NCBI GenBank assembly: GCA_964435775.1
Contig: CAYTAP010000006.1
Location: forward strand, 1-54,652
DNA length: 54,652 bases
Reading direction: 5' to 3'
DNA from: an uncultured Tepidisphaeraceae bacterium
Lineage (GTDB): Bacteria > Planctomycetota > Phycisphaerae > Tepidisphaerales > Tepidisphaeraceae
Shown piece by piece: positions 1-6,905 of this stretch; within the stretch, counting starts at the first letter, position 1, and the number at the start of each line of letters is the position of its first letter. The notes under the pieces are model-generated. The model searched no databases. It was not told the origin of the DNA and saw nothing but the letters and a program-made list of their open reading frames with translations. Position numbers and translations under genes: made by a program.

Positions 1-1
1 G

Positions 2-415
2 GGCGTGAAGTTCACCCATGAAAACCTGATGGATTATCGCCAGTGTGTTGCGCTCGCGGATGGGAAGTTCGATGTCCTTTTCGGGCGCGATGAGATTTTG
101 CTCACCGGCCTGGCGCTGGGGGCGAAGGGGGCCGTGGGGAGCACCTACAACTACGCCGCGCCAATTTACAACAAATTGATCGGTTGCTTCGAGGCCGGCG
201 ACCTGGCCGGCGCGCAAGCGGAGCAAACCAAGGCGATTGAGATGATTGCGGTGATGCTCGCCGGCGGGGGCATGGCGGCGAACAAGGCGATGATGAAAAT
301 GGTTGGCGTTGATTGTGGTCCTGTGCGTTCGCCGCTTGGCAACATCACCGACGCGCGGGAGCGCCAACTCCGCGACGCGCTTGAAGGGATCGGTTTTTTT
401 GATCGCCTGGGTTGA
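2..415 (+). CDS. DapA/N-acetylneuraminate-lyase family class I aldolase, C-terminal fragment (5' end outside the window)
   Basis: The frame is open from the window edge; the track start at 5 is an internal GTG. The ...GAKGAVGSTYNYAAPIYNKL... segment and helical C-terminus resemble NanA/DapA family proteins. Confidence 0.55.
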   Translation, partial: GVKFTHENLMDYRQCVALADGKFDVLFGRDEILLTGLALGAKGAVGSTYNYAAPIYNKLIGCFEAGDLAGAQAEQTKAIEMIAVMLAGGGMAANKAMMKMVGVDCGPVRSPLGNITDARERQLRDALEGIGFFDRLG

Positions 416-542
416 TGGCCCCGGCGTTTCGGACGCCCGTTGTCCCCAAAGGTCGCCCGGAAAGGCCGCTAATCTTCCGGGATCATTGCGCCGATGAAGG
501 ATGATGCGTCTTGACCGGCGGCCATCCATTTAGAGGCGTTTC

Positions 543-1280
543 ATGCCCACCATCACCCTTTCACCCAAGAAGGTTCTCAAGATACTCGTGGGTTTGTCGC
601 TGGCATTCGTGGCGATCAACCTGTGCCGGATGCCGTGGCACCATGTATTTGGAGAGCGGCTGCAACACATCTGGATGCGCTTCAACGTTGACTTTGAAGA
701 CTCGATTCCCACCTGGTTTTCAACCATGGTGCTCATGGCGGGGGCCGTGGCCTTGGCGTTCATCGCCGTGGAAAAACGCAAGTTGCGCGACCGTTTTGCC
801 CGCCATTGGGTCGGGTTGGCGGTGATCTTCATGTTCCTTTCCATGGATGAAATAGCCGGATTGCATGAGATGCTGGGCGCCCGGATGAAGGAAATGAATC
901 TGAATGGCCCGCTGTTTTTCGCGTGGGTCATCCCGGTGGGGGCGCTTGTGCTCATTTTCATCATCACCTATCTCCGGTTTCTGTTTTCCCTGTCGAAGAC
1001 ATTTTGCATCCTGTTCGTGGTCTCCGGCGCGGTGTATGTCTTTGGCGCTCTGGTCATGGAGACGGTCGGCGGGCAGATCAATAAGGCGTATGGGGATGGC
1101 GTCCTGTACATGCTTGCGGTGACGGCCGAGGAGGGGTGTGAAATGCTCGGCGCCTCGCTTTTTGTCTATACGCAGCTTCGATACCTGCAAGCCATGGCGG
1201 GGCAGTGCGTGCTCCGGCTGGTTGACCCGGAGGCTGTGCGCAACGAATTACCGCCCTCGCCGTCGGCCGCCCCGCATTGA
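543..1280 (+). CDS. Multi-pass membrane protein, unknown function
   Basis: ATG start and about 6 hydrophobic helices (e.g. VLKILVGLSLAFVAINL, WFSTMVLMAGAVALAFIAV, VIPVGALVLIFIITYL). No recognisable catalytic motif. Confidence 0.55.
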   Translation: MPTITLSPKKVLKILVGLSLAFVAINLCRMPWHHVFGERLQHIWMRFNVDFEDSIPTWFSTMVLMAGAVALAFIAVEKRKLRDRFARHWVGLAVIFMFLSMDEIAGLHEMLGARMKEMNLNGPLFFAWVIPVGALVLIFIITYLRFLFSLSKTFCILFVVSGAVYVFGALVMETVGGQINKAYGDGVLYMLAVTAEEGCEMLGASLFVYTQLRYLQAMAGQCVLRLVDPEAVRNELPPSPSAAPH

Positions 1281-1398
1281 GGTGTGTGCCGCCACGCCTG
1301 ACGACCACTCGCCGAGCCATTGATCGCCACATCCGACGGGCATGTAGCCCCCGCGACTTGTCCGCCGGGGCTTTGGCCATTATCCTCACGCCACACAG

Positions 1399-3105
1399 AT
1401 GATGAACCCCTTTTTCCAAGTCCTTTGGCCGGAACTGGTCCTTGCCGCCGTTGCTTGCGCGCTGCTCCTCATGGGAACGAGCAACCGGCTGTCGATGCGC
1501 CGGGCGGCGCCGATCCTGGCATTTTCCACGCTGGTGTTTGTGTTTGTTTTTGAATTTCTCGCCGGGCCGCATGTGCTGTCGGTGGCGGGGGACAGTCTGC
1601 GCGGGTCGGCTTTTTCGCATTACATCAAGTTGCTGACCGCCGGGGCGGGGTCTCTGCTCGTGCTGGTCGCGTGGCCGAGCAATGAGGATGTGACGGGCAA
1701 TCCAGCGCTCAATTTCGGGCAGGGGTCCGGCGAGTTTTTCGCCTTCATGCTTTTCAGCCTTTGCGGCATTTGCCTGATCGCCGACGCCAACGACGTGATG
1801 CTTTTGTTCCTGGCGATCGAGCTGACGAGCATTCCGGGGTATGTGATGGTCGCCATTTCCCGTCCGTTGCCGGTGGCGCAGGAGGCGGGGGTGAAGTACT
1901 TTTTCCTGGGGGCGCTGGCGGCGGCGATCATGCTCTTCGGGTTCAGCTACCTGTATGGCACGACGGGCTTGTCCAACTTGAGCGACATCGGGGCGGCGTT
2001 CGCGCAGACGCTCAGTGAGTCCACGCGCGGCGGCGCGCAGGCCGGTGCGATTCCAACTCTCAATTCGTGGCAGATGCTCGCGGTGGTCACGTTGATCCTC
2101 GGCTTCGCGTTCAAGATGGCGGCGGTTCCGCTTCATTTTTACGCCGGCGATGTGTATGAAGGCGCCGCGACGCCGGTGACGGCGTTTCTGGCGTGGGTTC
2201 CGAAGACCGCGGGATTCGTGGCGCTGATCAAGATTTTGTATGTGGCCGGGGGCAATTCGTTTATGGTCCCCCTGCCGATTGCCAAGTTGCTGTGGGTGAT
2301 GGCGGTGTTCACGATGACGGTGGGGAACGTGATGGGGCTGGTGCAGAGCAACGTCAAGCGGGTGCTGGCGTACAGTTCGGTGGCGCACAGCGGCTACATG
2401 CTCGTGGGCATTGCGGCGCTGGCGGCGACGCGCTCGCCGGAGGTGGGGACCGAAGCCTTGCAGGGCGTGCTGTTTTACCTGGCGGCGTACGGGGTGATGA
2501 ACGTGGGGGCATTCGCGGTGCTGACGCTGCTTCATCCGCGGGAGCGGCGTGAGGCGACCAGCGCCGAGACGTACGATGATCTGGCCGGGCTGGGACGTCG
2601 GCATGTGGCGCTGGGCGTGTCCATGGCGATCATCTGCTTCAGCCTGACGGGGATTCCGCTGACGATCGGCTTTTTCGGCAAGGTCTATCTCGTGAAGCCG
2701 GCGCTGGCGGCGGCGGCGGATCCGGCGATCCATCAGCAGATGATCTGGCTGGCGGTGATCCTCATGGTGAACGCGGCGGCGTCGGCCGGTTACTATCTGC
2801 GGATTATCGGCGCGTTGTTCATCCGCAACGAACCGGTGACCCCCGGTAGCGGTGGCGAAGTCGCCAGCTCGCAAGGCCTCCACGGCGCGCATGGGACGAC
2901 GCCGCACGTTCCGGTGCTTGATCCCCGCAGCATGGCCGAGGGATATTTTTCCGCGCCGATTCTCGCGTGTGTCGTCCTGTCGGTGGTGGGAACGCTTTAC
3001 TTCGGCGTTTATCTCCCCGCGACGTCCGATCTGGCGGATGGCGCGACGCTGGCGACGCATCTCAATGCCCAGCCGGCCATCCTGTCCGAGGCCGCGCCGC
3101 GATGA
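1399..3105 (+). CDS. nuoN: NADH-quinone oxidoreductase subunit N-like (complex I antiporter-like subunit, ND2 family)
   Basis: Polytopic protein with ND2/NuoN-type motifs (LFLAIELTSIPGYVMVA, GVKYFFLGALAAAIMLFG, KMAAVPLHFYAGDVYEGA, LAYSSVAHSGYML). No other nuo genes are adjacent. Confidence 0.8.
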   Translation: MMNPFFQVLWPELVLAAVACALLLMGTSNRLSMRRAAPILAFSTLVFVFVFEFLAGPHVLSVAGDSLRGSAFSHYIKLLTAGAGSLLVLVAWPSNEDVTGNPALNFGQGSGEFFAFMLFSLCGICLIADANDVMLLFLAIELTSIPGYVMVAISRPLPVAQEAGVKYFFLGALAAAIMLFGFSYLYGTTGLSNLSDIGAAFAQTLSESTRGGAQAGAIPTLNSWQMLAVVTLILGFAFKMAAVPLHFYAGDVYEGAATPVTAFLAWVPKTAGFVALIKILYVAGGNSFMVPLPIAKLLWVMAVFTMTVGNVMGLVQSNVKRVLAYSSVAHSGYMLVGIAALAATRSPEVGTEALQGVLFYLAAYGVMNVGAFAVLTLLHPRERREATSAETYDDLAGLGRRHVALGVSMAIICFSLTGIPLTIGFFGKVYLVKPALAAAADPAIHQQMIWLAVILMVNAAASAGYYLRIIGALFIRNEPVTPGSGGEVASSQGLHGAHGTTPHVPVLDPRSMAEGYFSAPILACVVLSVVGTLYFGVYLPATSDLADGATLATHLNAQPAILSEAAPR

Positions 3106-4517
3106 AAGCAATGACTGGCATGTGCCAATCGCCCGCCATCGCCTGCTGCTTGACCTTCCTGATCGCAGGTGGCGCTGCCGCAGCCGCGCCCTCATCCAAC
3201 GCCGATTCATCCGAGCCCACGCTTCGGGAGCTTCGTCAACAGATCGATGCCCTGCAAAAAAAAATTGATGCCCTCGAAGCCAAAGAGGCTTCGGGCACCG
3301 CGCATGGAGCGGCGTCAGAGTTTCGACCAGCGACGACGCAGGATGTTGATGGGGTGGTCCGCCGCGTGCTTGCCGACGCTGAAGCGCGCTCGCGGCCTCT
3401 GGCTGGCGTGACGCCGTTCACCGCCGGTTGGAGTGACGGCAAGTTCCTTCTTCGCAGCGAGGATGGAAGGTTTTCCCTCAACCCCAATATTTTTCTTCAG
3501 TTCAGATATGTCGCCACCCACCGCGAGGACGGGAAGAACGGCGGCTCGGATACACAGAGTGGCTTTGAGATGCGCCGCGCGAAGATTGGCTTCGCGGGGA
3601 ATGCCTTCGGAAAAGACCTGAGCTACAGCGTCATCCTGAGCGGAGATCGCAACGGCGGCACGGTGCGGTTGGATGAATGGTGGGCGCGATACAAGCTGGA
3701 TGCTGATTGGGCGATTCGCGGCGGGCAATTCAAGGACCCGGTCGCGCACGAACAGCTCGGCAGCGCCAAGTACACGCTGGCGGTGGATAAATCGCTGCTG
3801 GTCAACACGTTTCTTCCGGCCGAGGATTATGTGCAGGGGGTGAGCTTGCAATACGGCGGCGTCAACAACCCACTGGCGGCGGAGGTGGCGTTCACCGACG
3901 GATCGCCCTCGACGATCAACACGGATTTTCGGGATGATCCGAACCCGCCGGGCACGCCGCAGAGTCGCCCGGATTTTGGCGTCGCCGGTCGGGTGGAATA
4001 CAAAGTGTTCGGGCAGTGGAAAAACTACGCGAGCTTCACGTCGCTGGGGATGAAGGAAGATCTGCTTGTGGTGGGCGCGGGGGCTGATTTCAGCCAGGTC
4101 AGCGCACGGGATGTTTTTATCCACACGGTGGATGTCGCGTACAAGCTGGCGAACGGGCTTTCGTTTTATGGCGCGGTGATGGGGCGCGCCAGCGATGGCG
4201 GGTCGGGGTACGGCAACGATTATGACTGGGGCGGGCTGGCGCAGGCTGCGTACCTGATCGACGGGAAGCACCTGGAAGTCTTCGGGCGATATGATTACAT
4301 GGAGCTGGACAGCGGCTCGGTGTCGGCGGGCGCCCCGCGACGAGTCCATGAGTTGACGACGGGGTTGAACTATTACTTTGAAGGGCAGGCCGCCAAGTTC
4401 ACCATCGACCTGACGTATCTGCCCAACGGCGCGCCGTCCGACAACACCGGCACCGGCGTCTTAAAATCCGACAAGTCGGAGTTCATCGTCCGCGCCCAGT
4501 TTCAGTTGCTCATGTGA
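3102..4517 (+). CDS. Outer-membrane porin, phosphate-selective porin O/P-like, with an N-terminal coiled coil
   Basis: Signal peptide MKAMTGMCQSPAIACCLTFLIAGGAAAAA. Coiled coil LRELRQQIDALQKKIDALEAKE. Porin_O_P-like motifs FEMRRAKIGFAGN and GGQFKDPVAHEQLGS. C-terminal aromatic-rich beta-strand pattern. The ATG at 3102 overlaps the nuoN stop (ATGA). The track extension to 2967 was rejected. Confidence 0.72.
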   Translation: MKAMTGMCQSPAIACCLTFLIAGGAAAAAPSSNADSSEPTLRELRQQIDALQKKIDALEAKEASGTAHGAASEFRPATTQDVDGVVRRVLADAEARSRPLAGVTPFTAGWSDGKFLLRSEDGRFSLNPNIFLQFRYVATHREDGKNGGSDTQSGFEMRRAKIGFAGNAFGKDLSYSVILSGDRNGGTVRLDEWWARYKLDADWAIRGGQFKDPVAHEQLGSAKYTLAVDKSLLVNTFLPAEDYVQGVSLQYGGVNNPLAAEVAFTDGSPSTINTDFRDDPNPPGTPQSRPDFGVAGRVEYKVFGQWKNYASFTSLGMKEDLLVVGAGADFSQVSARDVFIHTVDVAYKLANGLSFYGAVMGRASDGGSGYGNDYDWGGLAQAAYLIDGKHLEVFGRYDYMELDSGSVSAGAPRRVHELTTGLNYYFEGQAAKFTIDLTYLPNGAPSDNTGTGVLKSDKSEFIVRAQFQLLM

Positions 4518-4548
4518 GCGGCGGGGCATCCACACGCTCGTACCCTGG

Positions 4549-5259
4549 GTGTTCGTGTCCAACCTCTGGAACCAAATCGCCGCCCGCGCAGGGGTTGAGC
4601 TGTCGCCGCAACAAATTGAGTTGCTCAGGCGCTATCTCGATCTGCTTGCCGACGCCAATTCGCGCATGAACCTGACGCGGCTCACCGACCGTGCCCAGGC
4701 GGAGTTGCAGCATGTGGCCGATGCGCTGACGCTGCTTCCGTTTCTTCCCCGTGATGCTCATTCGCTGGTGGAGGTTGGCTCGGGCGGCGGGTCGCCGGGG
4801 ATTCCGTTGGCGATCGCCCGGCCGGATGTGTTGGTGCTGCTCATCGAGGCGACGAAGAAAAAGGCCGCGTATCTGCAATCGACCGTCGCCGCGCTGGGGC
4901 TGTCGAATGTGACGGTCAGCGATCAGCGCGCCGAGGATGCCGGGCATGGCAAATATCGCGGAACGTTCGATGTCGCGGTGGCGCGGGCCGTCGGCGAACT
5001 GGTTTTCATCACCGAGTGGTGTCTGCCGCTGGTGAAGCGGGGGGGCAGGGTGTTGGCGATGAAAGGCCCGCGTGTTCGGGAGGAATTGCCCGCGGTGCTT
5101 GCGGCGCTCAAGCGTCTGGGCGGTTCGACGCCGGTCATCCATCCGGTCGATCTGCCCGGAACGGAAAACCACCTGATCGTGGAGATCGTCAAGACCGGCC
5201 AGACCGATTCACGCCTGCCGCGCCTGGCGTCCGTCGCCAGAGGCAAGCCGCTGGTGTGA
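4549..5259 (+). CDS. rsmG: 16S rRNA (guanine527-N7)-methyltransferase RsmG (GidB)
   Basis: GTG start. Motifs LLRRYLDLLADANSRMNLTRL and the SAM-binding VEVGSGGGSPGIPLAI. Length is typical for RsmG. Confidence 0.85.
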   Translation: MFVSNLWNQIAARAGVELSPQQIELLRRYLDLLADANSRMNLTRLTDRAQAELQHVADALTLLPFLPRDAHSLVEVGSGGGSPGIPLAIARPDVLVLLIEATKKKAAYLQSTVAALGLSNVTVSDQRAEDAGHGKYRGTFDVAVARAVGELVFITEWCLPLVKRGGRVLAMKGPRVREELPAVLAALKRLGGSTPVIHPVDLPGTENHLIVEIVKTGQTDSRLPRLASVARGKPLV

Positions 5260-5285
5260 ACCAGGAGTAACGCGCATGGGGTTTT

Positions 5286-5391
5286 CTCCCTCCCCCGCGT
5301 ACGCGCGGGGGAGGGTCGGGGAGGGGGTTCCGCTCGATTCGTTGTGAAATGCCCCCTCCCCAGCCCTCCCCCGGAGTACCGGGAGAGGGGG
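5286..5391. repeat. Family-A nested-palindrome repeat, copy A1 (hairpin + G-tract ... C-tract + hairpin)
   Basis: CCCTCCCCCGCG-tacg-CGCGGGGGAGGG, then TCGGGGAGGGGG, a spacer, CCCCCTCCCCAGCCCTCCCCCGG-agta-CCGGGAGAGGGG. It begins 27 nt downstream of the rsmG stop. Homologous copies are at 6737, 14650, 19618 and 33820. Confidence 0.85.
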
Positions 5392-5485
5392 AAGAGATGA
5401 AGGTGTCGGTGGAAGCGCGTCATGCGTCATGCGTTGAGGCCGAGCCGTTTGGTTGTTCGCATCCTCTCTCGTATCGTTATTCCCC

Positions 5486-6664
5486 ATGCGGATCGTGCAC
5501 ATCATCACGCGCCTGATCGTCGGGGGGGCGCAGGAGAACACGCTTCTTTCCTGCAAGGGGCAGCACGATCTCGGGCACGACGTGGTGTTGATCACCGGGC
5601 CGAGCCTCGGTCCGGAGGGGACGCTGCTGGAGCGCGCCCGGTCCGAGGGATATCGCGTGGAAATCACTGATGCGATGCGCCGCTCCATCCTGCCGATGCG
5701 TGATTGGCTCACCTATCGCCATCTCGTGCGGCGATTGCGCGAATTGAAGCCGGACATCGTGCATACGCATTCGTCCAAGGCGGGGATCGTGGGGCGTTAT
5801 GCCGCGCACGCGGCCGGTGTGCCGGTGGTCATCCACACCATTCATGGGCTGGCGTTCACGGCGTCGCGTCGGCGAAGCGTCAATGCGATGTATAAGATGC
5901 TCGAGCGCCGGGCCGCGCGGCTGAGCACAAAAATCGTCTGCGTGGCCGATGCGATGCGGGAACAGTCGCTCGCCGCCCGAATCGGCAGGCCGGAGCAGTA
6001 TGTCACAATTCACAGCGGGATGGAGACCGATGCGTTCATTCATCCGCCCCGCTCGCGGCAGGAGGTTCGCGCGGCGCTTGGCTTGGCGGAGGAGGATGTC
6101 GCGGTGGGGACGATCGCGCGGCTGTTCGATCTCAAGGGGCATGATGACTTGCTTGATCTGGCGCCGACGATGTGCGGGCGATATCCCAAGCTGAAGTTTC
6201 TGTGGGTGGGGGACGGGTCGTTACGGGAGGGTTTTGAAGAGCGCATCGCCGAAATGGGATTGAGGGATCGATTTATTCTCACCGGATTGGTTTCGCCGCA
6301 GCGCGTGCCCGAACTGGCCGGGGCAATGGACATACTGGTGCATCCCTCGCGTCGGGAAGGGCTGGCGCGGGCGATCGTACAGGGGCAGCTTGCCGAAAAG
6401 CCGGTCATTGCCTATGACATTGACGGTAATCGCGAGGGGATGATCGACGGGGAAACGGGCTTTATGATTGCGCCGTTCGATCAATCACAACTTTCCGGGC
6501 GTCTGGCGATATTACTGGGAGACGCGGCGCTGCGCGAGCGGTTCGGCAAGGCCGGGCGTCGGTTTGCCCTGTCGCGCTTTGATGCGCGGCTCATGGTTCA
6601 ATCGCTGGATGAGTTGTATCGCCGGGAATTGCAACGAGTGGAGAGAGGTTCCATCAAAACATGA
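5486..6664 (+). CDS. Glycosyltransferase family 4 (GT-B fold)
   Basis: N-terminus MRIVHIITRLIVGGAQENT and a C-terminal E-x7-E-like region (HPSRREGLARAIVQGQLAEKPVIAYDIDGNREGM), typical of GT4. The ATG at 5486 was preferred over the track start at 5453. Confidence 0.8.
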   Translation: MRIVHIITRLIVGGAQENTLLSCKGQHDLGHDVVLITGPSLGPEGTLLERARSEGYRVEITDAMRRSILPMRDWLTYRHLVRRLRELKPDIVHTHSSKAGIVGRYAAHAAGVPVVIHTIHGLAFTASRRRSVNAMYKMLERRAARLSTKIVCVADAMREQSLAARIGRPEQYVTIHSGMETDAFIHPPRSRQEVRAALGLAEEDVAVGTIARLFDLKGHDDLLDLAPTMCGRYPKLKFLWVGDGSLREGFEERIAEMGLRDRFILTGLVSPQRVPELAGAMDILVHPSRREGLARAIVQGQLAEKPVIAYDIDGNREGMIDGETGFMIAPFDQSQLSGRLAILLGDAALRERFGKAGRRFALSRFDARLMVQSLDELYRRELQRVERGSIKT

Positions 6665-6683
6665 AATGTGATTTGTTCAATCG

Positions 6684-6905
6684 CTCCGCCTCACGCGACT
6701 ACCCGTTTTGAAAAGGAGGCGATTTTAATCGCAAATCTCCCTCCCCCGGTACTCCGGGGGAGGGCTGGGGAGGGGGCCTTGTGCCCATTTTGAGCGAAAA
6801 ACCCCCACCCTAACCCTCCCCCGGAGTACCGGGGGAGGGGATAAGAGGAGCTTTTTCCAATGAAAGTAACAGCTGATTCAAAACGGGTAGTCGCGTCCTC
6901 CGCCT
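6684..6905. mobile_element. MITE-like unit: 8-bp direct repeats flanking 20-bp perfect inverted repeats that enclose family-A copy A2
   Basis: CTCCGCCT(6684-6691)-c-ACGCGACTACCCGTTTTGAA(6693-6712) ... TTCAAAACGGGTAGTCGCGT(6877-6896)-c-CTCCGCCT(6898-6905). The right arm lies in codons 6-12 of the CDS starting at 6860. Confidence 0.5.
6737..6840. repeat. Family-A nested-palindrome repeat, copy A2
   Basis: CCCTCCCCCGG-tact-CCGGGGGAGGG CTGGGGAGGGGG ... CCCCCACCCTAACCCTCCCCCGG-agta-CCGGGGGAGGGG. It lies between the GT4 stop (6664) and the next start (6860). Confidence 0.85.

Noticed and set aside
2967-3101. N-terminal extensions offered by the ORF track (e.g. porin from 2967, HAD to 11128, ilvN from 11101, DoxX from 13256, DUF971 to 14375, nuoG to 28877, brnT to 25509, PhyH from 44217)
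   Set aside because: The extensions overlap upstream genes or repeats and lack homology-like sequence. Internal ATGs with SD-like motifs or family-typical N-termini fit better.
1078-3210. 710-aa ORF on the minus strand, antisense to nuoN
   Set aside because: Its composition is extremely Arg, His, Pro and Gln-rich with no hydrophobic core or motifs. This is a typical shadow ORF of a GC-rich gene. The sense strand encodes a clear NuoN-type protein.
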